Of a stretch of DNA of 38,380 nucleotides, positions 18,805-27,083 are shown one piece after another. The stretch is from the NCBI GenBank assembly GCA_050115495.1, contig JASFQK010000050.1, positions 1 through 38,380 of the forward strand, written 5' to 3'. Within the stretch, counting starts at the first letter, position 1. Each line of letters opens with the position of its first letter. Under the pieces are notes generated by a model, which was not told the DNA's origin, did not search any database, and saw nothing but the letters and a program-made list of their open reading frames with translations. The position numbers and the translations under genes were made by a program. This stretch comes from Phycisphaerae bacterium. GTDB lineage: Bacteria; Planctomycetota; Phycisphaerae; UBA1845; Fen-1342.

Positions 18805-20070
18805 GTGCAGGTTGATTCCTTGTTGCTCGCCCCCGGCGGGTGCGGTGCGCACACGACCGGTGGGCTCCTGGCGTCCAGTTTGTTGCCCACTGCCGGCGGA
18901 CGTAGCGCGACCGAAGCCCTGCGTGAAGATTGCGAAAAGGATAGCCGCCGCGAGCAACTGTCCAGCGATCCTCGCGAACTTGCCCTGGGCGTCGCCGGGC
19001 ACGGCACCACACGCATCATCCAGGACGCCGAGCGGCGCATGGCGCCCAACAGCCGGTCCGCCCGCCGCCAGGTCCAGGCCGATCAGCAACAGCAGCAACG
19101 GACGTTTGAGCGCTCGCTGGCCGACGCCTCGGCCCGCTCGAACCGCGAGGTGAGCGGGCAGTCGTCGAAGCCGGCGGCCGATGCGCCGAAGAGCCAATCC
19201 ACTGCGACGCCCGCCAAGACCGACGCGGACAAGTCGAGTAAGGCGGAACCGTCCGACGAGAAGGTGCAACCGGGCGACAAGGGCGACGCCGCGAAGGCTG
19301 CCCCAACGCCGGCGAAGGCGGTGGCGACGGCTCCGACGACGGCGGCTCGCCCGACACCGTCTGTTGTCGCGACTGCGGCGCCAGCGTTCGTGCCCGCCAC
19401 ACCTTCTGGACAAACGACCACGGCCGCTGCTGCGACGAGCAGCGTGGCGCGCGTGACGGCGGTTCGGCCGGCGACGACCGGGGCGACACGGCCGACATCC
19501 ACGTCCTCGGCGCCGCCCGCCACGGAGCAGAGCCGCAGCGCCGCTCGCCGCACTGAGGCCAGCGCGGCTCGTCCGGCGAAAGACCCCGCGCCGACAACCA
19601 GCAAGAACGACGCGAACACCGAGCGAATCCTGCGCGTGCTGCGCAGTCAGATCAACGAGAATCGGGCACAAGCGACGCTGCGTCTGGACCCGCCGGAACT
19701 CGGTACGATCAAGCTGCACATGGACTTACGTCAGGACGTGCTGGCCCTGCGGGTGGACACGGCGACCAGCGCGGCACACCGCTTGCTCTCGGAACAGGTG
19801 GAGTCGTTGCGGCAAGGCCTGGAGGCCGCCGGCATTCAGCTCGAACGTATTGACATTCGGGCGCCGGTTACGCCGGGACAGTCGGACACCGCGGACAACA
19901 CGCCGCAGCCCGACACGCCGGAACCCGGACGCGACGACAGCAGCGGGGCCGACACGGACTCGTCGGCCGAGCAGGGAATGGACTCCCACCATGCGTCCGC
20001 CGGCCAGATGCCGGCGCGCGAACCTCCCCTGGAACCGGCGACGGAGTCGCTGGTGAACATCCTGGCGTAG
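18805..20070 (+). CDS. fliK: Flagellar hook-length control protein FliK
   Basis: Low-complexity Ala/Thr/Pro N-region; C-terminal T3S4 domain 'ATLRLDPPELGTIKL...LRQGLEAAGIQLERIDI'. Confidence 0.92.
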   Translation: MQVDSLLLAPGGCGAHTTGGLLASSLLPTAGGRSATEALREDCEKDSRREQLSSDPRELALGVAGHGTTRIIQDAERRMAPNSRSARRQVQADQQQQQRTFERSLADASARSNREVSGQSSKPAADAPKSQSTATPAKTDADKSSKAEPSDEKVQPGDKGDAAKAAPTPAKAVATAPTTAARPTPSVVATAAPAFVPATPSGQTTTAAAATSSVARVTAVRPATTGATRPTSTSSAPPATEQSRSAARRTEASAARPAKDPAPTTSKNDANTERILRVLRSQINENRAQATLRLDPPELGTIKLHMDLRQDVLALRVDTATSAAHRLLSEQVESLRQGLEAAGIQLERIDIRAPVTPGQSDTADNTPQPDTPEPGRDDSSGADTDSSAEQGMDSHHASAGQMPAREPPLEPATESLVNILA

Positions 20071-20144
20071 CGCGGCGCGGAGCGCTGGCGGCACGCAACG
20101 ATCCCGGCCGGCTCGCCGGGGCTCGGCAGATGAGGCGTTTGCTC

Positions 20145-20666
20145 ATGGAAACGCAGGCTGTAGGTTCGTCCACGCCGACGGCGACGACCGTCGCCACGAA
20201 TTCCAACGACCAACTGGAGAGCGAGGACTTCTTCCAGCTTCTGGTAACGGAGCTGCAACAGCAGGATCCGCTCGAGCCGACCAAGACGGCGGACATGGTC
20301 AACCAGGTCTCGCAGATCCGCAGCATAGAAGTCTCGCAGCAGCTCATGAGCACGCTCGAGCAACTGACCCAGCAGCAGCGGACCAGCGGCACCAGCGACC
20401 TGCTCGGCAAGTACGTCGAGGCTGACGTCGCCGACGACGACGGCAACATCATCACCCTGGCCGGCATCGTCACCAGCGTGCAGTTCACCTCCGACGGCAC
20501 GGCCCTGCTCGAGCTGGATACCGGCGACGTCGTGCGGGCTCAGGACGTCACGCGCGTCACGAGCCTCGAAGTGGCTGCGATGCTGCTCGGCAGCGACGCC
20601 GCGGATGAGGAAACGGACAAGACCACGGACACGGCCCGCGTGCGGCAGAGCAGCACGAACACGTAA
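20145..20666 (+). CDS. flgD: Flagellar hook capping protein FlgD
   Basis: 'EDFFQLLVTELQQQDPLEP', 'LLGKYV'; start at 20145 or 20130. Confidence 0.95.
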   Translation: METQAVGSSTPTATTVATNSNDQLESEDFFQLLVTELQQQDPLEPTKTADMVNQVSQIRSIEVSQQLMSTLEQLTQQQRTSGTSDLLGKYVEADVADDDGNIITLAGIVTSVQFTSDGTALLELDTGDVVRAQDVTRVTSLEVAAMLLGSDAADEETDKTTDTARVRQSSTNT

Positions 20667-20740
20667 CCGGTGACCATCAACGGGTCGCTGCGCCTGTAGC
20701 GCGGCCCCGATAGGACGAAGTACCCGCGGGAGGCACACGC

Positions 20741-22423
20741 ATGGGCCTGACCACGGCCATGTATACGGGGTTGAGCGGCCTGAACGTCAACCAGGCGCGG
20801 ATCGACACGATTGGCCACAACATCGCCAACGTGAACACCACGGCCTTCAAAGGCTCACGCACGCTCTTCCAGACGCAGTTTTCGCAGAACTGGTCGCTGG
20901 GCACGCCGCCCAGCGAGACCTCCGGCGGAACGAACCCGTTGCAGATCGGCCTGGGGGCGACGGTCGGCACGACGCAGCGCGACCACGGCATCGGCTCGGT
21001 CGAGACCACCGGCATCGCCACCGACCTGGCCGTCGACGGCCGCGGGTACTTCATTGTCCGCACCGCCGACGGACAGCAGGTGTACACGCGCGACGGCTCC
21101 TTCTCCGTGGACACCAACCACCGCCTGGTGACCGGCGACGGCAACATCGTCCGCGGCTTCGGCGTCGACGACGGCTTCAACATCGTTCCGGGCACGTTAC
21201 AGGACCTCGTTATCCCGCTTGGCACGCTCACCACCGCCCGGTCCACCGAAAACGTTATTATGGACGGCGACCTCAGCGCCGCCGGCACGATCGCCACCGA
21301 GGGCTCCGAGCACGTGTCACAGGCCCTGGTCGATGGCGGCGGGGCCGCGGTCACCGGGGCCACCGCGTTGAACACGGTCCGGGCGGCCGACGCTCCCGGC
21401 ACCCTCCTCTTCGCCGACGGGACCGCCATCACCGTCTCCGGCGTGGGCAAGGGCCAGCGCGAGCTGCCGGCCCGCACGTTCATCGTTGGCACCACCGGCA
21501 GCACGCTGGACGACCTGGCCAGCTGGCTCGAGACGTCCCTGGGCCTCCAGACCGACGGGGCGGTTCCCGGCTCCCCGGGCGTGACCGTCGAGAACGGCAC
21601 GTTGGTGATCCGCGGCAACGCCGGCTCGGAGAATGACCTGACGATCTCCGCCAACGACATCACCACCGACAACGCCGCCGCCCCGCTGCCGTTCGTCTTC
21701 ACGCGCAACGCGACGGCCAACGGATCGAGCGTGTACACGTCGTTCACGGCGTACGACTCGCTCGGCTCGCCGGTCGCCGTGAACGTGACGTTCGCGCTCG
21801 ACTCGACGCCGAACACGGGTCCGGTGTGGCGCTACTACGTCGAGTCGCCTGATGCCAGCGGGCCGACGCGCGTGCTGGGCACGGGGACCGTGTCGTTCGA
21901 CACGGAGGGGAACTTCCGCGAGGCGACGGACAACCAGTTCACGCTGGACCGCAGCGACAGCGGGGCGGCTACGCCGCTGACGTTCTCCCTGGATTTCGCC
22001 GACGTGCACGGGCTGTCGACGAAGACGTCGAGCATCATCGCTGCCGACCAGGACGGCTACCCGCCGGGAACGCTGGTCAACTTCGGCGTGGACAACGACG
22101 GCTCGATTATCGGGACGTTCGACAACGGGTTGACCCGGACGCTGGGGCAGGTGGTGGTGGCCTCGTTCGCGAACGAGGAGGGGCTCGTGGCCATGAACGA
22201 GAATCTGTATACGCTGGGGCCGAATTCCGGAGCGGCCACGGTGACCACGCCCGGGCAGTTCGGCGCGGGCCAGATCCTCAGCGGGGCGCTGGAGCTGTCC
22301 AACGTGGATCTGTCTCGCGAGTTTATCGGGCTTGTTACGTCGAGCACGGGTTTCCAGGCGGCCAGCCGGGTAATCAGCGTCTCGACCGATCTGTTGAACC
22401 AATTGCTGCTGATGGTCCGGTAA
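20741..22423 (+). CDS. flgE: Flagellar hook protein FlgE
   Basis: 'IGHNIANVNTTAFK', 'DLAVDGRGYF', 'YTRDGSF', 'GALELSNVDLSREF...FQAASRVI'. Confidence 0.96.
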   Translation: MGLTTAMYTGLSGLNVNQARIDTIGHNIANVNTTAFKGSRTLFQTQFSQNWSLGTPPSETSGGTNPLQIGLGATVGTTQRDHGIGSVETTGIATDLAVDGRGYFIVRTADGQQVYTRDGSFSVDTNHRLVTGDGNIVRGFGVDDGFNIVPGTLQDLVIPLGTLTTARSTENVIMDGDLSAAGTIATEGSEHVSQALVDGGGAAVTGATALNTVRAADAPGTLLFADGTAITVSGVGKGQRELPARTFIVGTTGSTLDDLASWLETSLGLQTDGAVPGSPGVTVENGTLVIRGNAGSENDLTISANDITTDNAAAPLPFVFTRNATANGSSVYTSFTAYDSLGSPVAVNVTFALDSTPNTGPVWRYYVESPDASGPTRVLGTGTVSFDTEGNFREATDNQFTLDRSDSGAATPLTFSLDFADVHGLSTKTSSIIAADQDGYPPGTLVNFGVDNDGSIIGTFDNGLTRTLGQVVVASFANEEGLVAMNENLYTLGPNSGAATVTTPGQFGAGQILSGALELSNVDLSREFIGLVTSSTGFQAASRVISVSTDLLNQLLLMVR

Positions 22424-22471
22424 TCCCGGCGCGGCGGGACGACCCGCGCCCACCGCCAGAGGATGGCAAGC

Positions 22472-22663
22472 ATGATCCGCCTGACCCGCCTGAACGGTCG
22501 CCCGTTTGTCTTGAATGCGGAGCAGATCAAGACGGTCGAGGAGACCCCGGACACGATGATCACGCTGCTGACCGGGGACCAGGTGGTGGTGCGGGAGCCG
22601 CTGGAGGAGGTCGTGCGGCGGGCCGTAGAGTACGGGCGGTCGCTGCGGGCATTCCCGGCGTGA
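22472..22663 (+). CDS. flbD: Flagellar protein FlbD/SwrD
   Basis: 'MIRLTRLNG...LNAEQIKTVEETPDTMITL...VVRE'. Confidence 0.93.
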   Translation: MIRLTRLNGRPFVLNAEQIKTVEETPDTMITLLTGDQVVVREPLEEVVRRAVEYGRSLRAFPA

Positions 22664-22759
22664 GGGCGCAAGCATTTTTGCGCGTCAGCGCATGAAGTGC
22701 CCGATGCGGGGCGAATGTCTCATAACAGCCGCGTTTTCCACGTCCGACGACACGCGCAA

Positions 22760-22787
22760 TGAACTGGCCCACCGGATGCGTCGATAA
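22760..22787 (+). promoter_or_regulatory. Candidate sigma28 (FliA)-type promoter upstream of fliL
   Basis: TGAAC-N15-GTCGATAA versus consensus TAAA-N15-GCCGATAA; the -35 match is weak. Confidence 0.4.
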
Positions 22788-22835
22788 TCTGGGCAGATGT
22801 AAGAGGGACCGGCTGTTACCCCGGAGTGTCTGCCC

Positions 22836-23360
22836 ATGGCCGAAGAGGCAGCGGCACCGCAAGCCCCGCCGAAGCGCAACCCGCTGATCATGACCCTGAT
22901 CATTGTGATCGGTGTAGCCCTGCTGGAAGGGGTCCTGTTCTTCGTGGCGATCAAGATGTTCGGCGGGGGACCGAGCGCGAGCTACGGCGTTGGCGATGCG
23001 CACGTGACGGACGGGCCAGCGCCCGCCGAGGAGACGGCGTTTGCCGAGGTTGAGCTGCTCAAGCACTTTCGGGTCCCGAACAGCAAGAGCGGCCTGATGC
23101 TCATCTATGACGTCGACATCAGCGTGGTCGTGCCGGAGTCGCGGCGGGAGGCCGTGGAGGAGCTGATCAAGACGAAGAATGCTGAAATCTCCGACCGGGT
23201 GGCCATGACGATTCGGCAGGCCAGCCCGCGAGTGCTCGAAGAGGATGACTTGAGCACGCTGCGCATGTTGCTGAAACAGGCGTTGGGCGATCTCGTCGGA
23301 GACGAGGACGCCATCGAGCGTGTGCTCATTCCGCGCTTCGTGCCGATGCGCACCGACTGA
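22836..23360 (+). CDS. fliL: Flagellar basal body-associated protein FliL
   Basis: Single N-terminal TM followed by a FliL-like domain ('EISDRVAMTIR...LRMLLKQAL...IERVLIPRF'); position in cluster. Confidence 0.8.
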   Translation: MAEEAAAPQAPPKRNPLIMTLIIVIGVALLEGVLFFVAIKMFGGGPSASYGVGDAHVTDGPAPAEETAFAEVELLKHFRVPNSKSGLMLIYDVDISVVVPESRREAVEELIKTKNAEISDRVAMTIRQASPRVLEEDDLSTLRMLLKQALGDLVGDEDAIERVLIPRFVPMRTD

Positions 23361-23418
23361 CGTCGCCCGCCGCGGGCGGCATAAGACAGGCCAGGCTTGA
23401 CCAGGACGGAAGACGCCG

Positions 23419-24150
23419 ATGGCCGACGAAGAACTCACACCGCAAGCCGACGAGCCCAACGTGCCCGAGCCCGGGGACAGTGCCGAGATCACACCGGAGG
23501 CGTCGGCCAGTCCCGCCGAGCCCGATGGGGGACACCCCACGCTCATCGACCAGGCCGAGCTCGACGCCCTGATGGTGAGCATGACGCAGCAGCAGAGCGG
23601 CGCGCCGGCGGAGACGTCCAAGAGCACGCCGGCGGAAGTGTCCAAGAGCGCGCCGGCGCAGACGCCCGAAGACTCGGCGATGTCGGATCTGGAAGCGGAG
23701 ATGGCCGCCGCCATCGCCGCAGAGGCCCAGGCCGCGGCGCAGCAGGCGGAGCCGGAGCCCGTGGCGGCCGCGAGCCAACCCGCGCATGAGGTGGGGCCGG
23801 CGATGCTGGGCTCGACGGCGCCCGCGCCGGTGACGGCCACGGCGGCGCCGGTGGCCATGCCCGACTTCAACAGCGCCGGTGCCGCGGACGCCGGGACGCA
23901 GATCGACCTGCTCGACGATGTTGAGCTGGACGTGAAGATCGAACTCGGCCGCACGCAGATGTACATCGAGGACGTTTTGCGGCTGGGCGAGGGGTCGGTC
24001 GTATCGCTGGACAAGCTGGCCGGTGACCCGGTGGATATCTACGTGAATGAGCGGCTGGTGGCGCGCGGCGAAGTGCTCGTGCTGAACGAGAACTTCTGCG
24101 TGCGTGTCAACGACATCATCAATCCCACCGACGAAGAGGACGAGAAGTAA
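23419..24150 (+). CDS. fliN: Flagellar motor switch protein FliN with long acidic N-terminal extension carrying a FliM/FliY-type peptide
   Basis: SpoA domain '[17 protein letters not shown]...[21 protein letters not shown]'; N-terminal '[11 protein letters not shown]'. Confidence 0.92.
   Translation: MADEELTPQADEPNVPEPGDSAEITPEASASPAEPDGGHPTLIDQAELDALMVSMTQQQSGAPAETSKSTPAEVSKSAPAQTPEDSAMSDLEAEMAAAIAAEAQAAAQQAEPEPVAAASQPAHEVGPAMLGSTAPAPVTATAAPVAMPDFNSAGAADAGTQIDLLDDVELDVKIELGRTQMYIEDVLRLGEGSVVSLDKLAGDPVDIYVNERLVARGEVLVLNENFCVRVNDIINPTDEEDEK
23603..23674 (+). repeat. 3 x 24-bp in-frame tandem repeat in the fliN linker
   Basis: cgccggcggagacgtccaagagca / cgccggcggaagtgtccaagagcg / cgccggcgcagacgcccgaagact ([24 protein letters not shown]). 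Confidence 0.75.
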
Positions 24151-24152
24151 GC

Positions 24153-24854
24153 ATGCGGTCGCCATGGATGGCGCTATGCTGGGGAATCGGATTGCTCGCG
24201 GGACCGGCGCTGGCCGATCCCGGCGCGGCAGTCGACTCGACGGCCGCCAGCAGACCGGCGGCGCTCGACGAAGCTTGGTCTTCTCCGGAAGTGGCCGCCC
24301 CGCAGATGGAAGAGGAAGTCTTGCACCGGTCGCCGGTGGTGGCTCGCCCGGACGCCAGCAAGTCGGCGGGACGGAGCGGGTTCGGCTGGGTGCGGACGAC
24401 GGCATCGCTGGCGGGGGTGGTGGCTCTCATCGTGCTGCTGACGTGGGGATACCGGCTGGTGGCCGGGGCGGGCGGTAGCCTGGGCGGGCGGGCGCGACAC
24501 ACGGGCCTGATCGAAACACTGTGCCGCAGCAGCCTGACGCCGCGGCAGACGCTGTACCTCGTGCGGGTGGGACCGCAGCTCATCCTGGTGGGGGCCACGA
24601 ACGAGCAGTTGCGGGCGCTGTCGGTCATCGACGATCCGGATCTGGCCGCGCGCCTGTCCGGCCACAAGGCTGAGCAGCGGCAGGACAGCCACAGCAGCGC
24701 GTTCCGCCGCTGGCTGAGCTCGGAGAGCGGCAACTACGCCGAAGGGCAGGAACAGGCCCCGGCCGCGCCGGCTCAGGCCGAACGGATCGGCAGCCTGCGA
24801 CAGCGTTTGCAGGAGACGGTGAGCCGGCTGCGCGGTACGGCCGCAAAAGACTAA
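24153..24854 (+). CDS. fliO: Flagellar biosynthesis protein FliO/FliZ
   Basis: Signal-like N-terminus, TM, 'LTPRQTLYLVRVGPQLILVGAT'. Confidence 0.88.
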   Translation: MRSPWMALCWGIGLLAGPALADPGAAVDSTAASRPAALDEAWSSPEVAAPQMEEEVLHRSPVVARPDASKSAGRSGFGWVRTTASLAGVVALIVLLTWGYRLVAGAGGSLGGRARHTGLIETLCRSSLTPRQTLYLVRVGPQLILVGATNEQLRALSVIDDPDLAARLSGHKAEQRQDSHSSAFRRWLSSESGNYAEGQEQAPAAPAQAERIGSLRQRLQETVSRLRGTAAKD

Positions 24855-24901
24855 GGCCGGGTAGCGGACGGCGGAGCCGTCCGGAAAAGGGCAAGGAGTT
24901 G

Positions 24902-25780
24902 ATGATGGTCCAAGGAGTGGGTCATCTGCCCGAGGCACGGAAGCGCCGGGGCCGCCGGTTCGGCGGTCGCGGGGCCGCGCTGACCGTGGCCGCCTTGCTT
25001 TGCCTGGCGGCGCCGGCGGCGGCGCAGGAGGCATCGGCGCCGACAAAGACGACGGCCAACGCCGACGGGGGCGAATACTACGTTCCGGACATCAGCACGT
25101 GGCTGCCGCAGGCGAACAGCCGCGAGTCGCTCAGCAAGACGATGCAGGTCGTTGTGGTGATGACGCTGCTGACCGTGGCGCCGAGCATCATCCTGATGAT
25201 GACCTGCTTCGTGCGGATGGTGGTTGTGCTGGTGTTACTGCGGCAGGCGCTGGGGGCGCAGCAGTTGCCGCCGTCGCAGGTGCTGGTCGGGCTGGCGCTG
25301 TTCATGACGTTCCTGGTGATGGCCCCGACCTGGGAGAAGGTGCGGACGCGGGCCGTCGATCCGTATCTGGACGGCAAGCTGGCGCAGCTCGACGCGGTCG
25401 CCGTGGCCGGCGGTGAGATGCGTGATTTCATGTTCACGCAGATCGAGGCTGCCGGAAACGAAGAAGACGTCTACATGATGTATGAGTACGCGACGGACCG
25501 GACGGTCGCCGCGGACGAGCAGATCCGCCGGCCGGACGTGCCGATGACGGCGCTGATCCCAGCGTTCATTCTCAGCGAGCTGAAGACGGGGTTCGTGTTG
25601 GGGTTCCGCATCTTCCTGCCCTTCCTGGTGATCGACATGGTGATCGCCACGATGCTCGTGTCGATGGGCATGATGATGCTGCCGCCGGTGCTGATCTCGC
25701 TTCCGTTCAAGCTGTTGTTGTTTGTGCTGGCGGACGGCTGGCATCTGATTGCCGGGTCGCTCATGGCCAGTGTGAGTTAG
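24902..25780 (+). CDS. fliP: Flagellar export gate protein FliP
   Basis: 'APSIILMMTCFVR', 'QQLPPSQVL', 'LIPAFILSELK', 'GMMMLPPVLISLPFKLLLFVLADGW'; exact start (24899/24902/24905) uncertain. Confidence 0.98.
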   Translation: MMVQGVGHLPEARKRRGRRFGGRGAALTVAALLCLAAPAAAQEASAPTKTTANADGGEYYVPDISTWLPQANSRESLSKTMQVVVVMTLLTVAPSIILMMTCFVRMVVVLVLLRQALGAQQLPPSQVLVGLALFMTFLVMAPTWEKVRTRAVDPYLDGKLAQLDAVAVAGGEMRDFMFTQIEAAGNEEDVYMMYEYATDRTVAADEQIRRPDVPMTALIPAFILSELKTGFVLGFRIFLPFLVIDMVIATMLVSMGMMMLPPVLISLPFKLLLFVLADGWHLIAGSLMASVS

Positions 25781-25824
25781 GGACGGCGCGGAAGATTGCG
25801 CTTCGGTCGCCCTATGGAGTTCGA

Positions 25825-25979
25825 CGTCGGCCACGGGGGGCCGACGCTACGAAGACGGCCGGCACGGAGACCGGCCGCTACGGAGATGTCCGGTACGGAG
25901 CCCGGACGCGACGAAGAGGTCCGGTGCGGAGCCCGGGCGCGACGAAGAGGTCCGGCGCGGAGCGCGGACGTTACACGGG
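25825..25979 (+). repeat. Tandem array of five 31-bp hairpin units (REP-like; GTAG on the - strand)
   Basis: Units start at 25825, 25856, 25887, 25918 and 25949; each is a 5-6 bp stem plus a (C/T)(A/G)CGG(A/G)G loop plus a GC(T/G)ACG(A/G)AGA-like tail (degenerate in unit 5). Confidence 0.9.
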
Positions 25980-25985
25980 TGATGG

Positions 25986-26240
25986 ATGGACCTGACGGCT
26001 GCCTTGGACATCGGTCGCGAAGCGTTGCTGACGGCGCTGGTGATCGCCGGCCCGGTGCTGTGTGTTGGCGTACTGGTGGGCGTGCTCATCAGCCTGCTGC
26101 AGACCATCACGCAGCTCAGCGATCAGACGCTGTCCATGGTGCCGAAGATCGTAGCCATGTTTCTGGCCACGGCGTTTTTCGTGCCGTGGATCGCCACGCG
26201 ATTGCTGGAGTACGCGCAGTCAATGTTCAGCGCGTACTGA
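25986..26240 (+). CDS. fliQ: Flagellar export gate protein FliQ
   Basis: 'GVLISLLQTITQLSDQTLSMVPKI'. Confidence 0.96.
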   Translation: MDLTAALDIGREALLTALVIAGPVLCVGVLVGVLISLLQTITQLSDQTLSMVPKIVAMFLATAFFVPWIATRLLEYAQSMFSAY

Positions 26241-26285
26241 GACGAGAGGCCGCGCGCCGCCGCCCGCGGCGCGTAACGGTGGGTC

Positions 26286-27062
26286 ATGCCCTTCGAGCTG
26301 TTGAATTACTATCTGCGCTTGCCGGTGTTCCTCATGATCGCCGCCCGGCTGTTCGGGATGATCATGTTTCAGCCGGTGCTCGGGGCGAAAGCCGTACCGG
26401 GGATGGTGCGGCTGCTGATGATCCTGGCGCTGGCTCTGCTACTGAGCCCGTTTGTCAGCTTCGCCGGTCCGCTGCCGGACACGGTGCTGGGGCTGGTGCT
26501 GGCGCTGGCGGGCGAGGTGCTGATCGGGGCGCTGATCGGGCTGGTGGCGGCCATCGCCCTGGTGGGCGTGCAGATGGGGGGGATGCTCATCGCGCTGGAA
26601 TCCGGTCTGGCCTTTGGGCAGGTGGCCGATCCGACGACGAACGAGACCTCGAGCGTGCTCAGCACGTTCTACGTGCAGGTGCTCGCCGTCGTCTATTTGA
26701 TCGTGGGCGGACACCGGGCCCTCGTGGCGGCCTGCCTGGACACGTTCGAGACGGTGCCGCTGCTGGCCGTCGGCGGACTGACCGGCCTCGGAACCGACCT
26801 GCTGGTCGATACGCTGACCGTGGGCGGGATCGTGGCCATTCGCGTGGCCGCGCCAGCGGTGCTGTCGCTGTTCCTGGTGAATGCGGCCCTGGGCTTTCTC
26901 TCCCGTACCGTGCCGCAACTGAACATCGCGACGGTTGGCTTCGCTCTGAAGGGGCTGATCGGCTTCGTCATCATGGCCATCGCCCTGCCCTCGGCGCTGG
27001 CCGCGTTTCTCGACGGACTGCAACTGAGTCTGGGCTGCCTGCACGCCATGCTCGGCGGATAG
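26286..27062 (+). CDS. fliR: Flagellar export gate protein FliR
   Basis: Polytopic; 'GEVLIG', 'SGLAFGQVADP', 'GGHR', 'LGFLSRTVPQLNI'. Confidence 0.96.
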   Translation: MPFELLNYYLRLPVFLMIAARLFGMIMFQPVLGAKAVPGMVRLLMILALALLLSPFVSFAGPLPDTVLGLVLALAGEVLIGALIGLVAAIALVGVQMGGMLIALESGLAFGQVADPTTNETSSVLSTFYVQVLAVVYLIVGGHRALVAACLDTFETVPLLAVGGLTGLGTDLLVDTLTVGGIVAIRVAAPAVLSLFLVNAALGFLSRTVPQLNIATVGFALKGLIGFVIMAIALPSALAAFLDGLQLSLGCLHAMLGG

Positions 27063-27083
27063 CCGCCAGGGAGCTTTTCGGCA

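Noticed and set aside
20741..22423. Spirochaete-type lysinoalanine cross-linking of FlgE
   Set aside because: The protein has no cysteine at the equivalent region, and I found none in the translation
25825..25979. Array considered as a CRISPR or mini-CRISPR
   Set aside because: Units are contiguous with no unique spacers, and no cas genes are in the window
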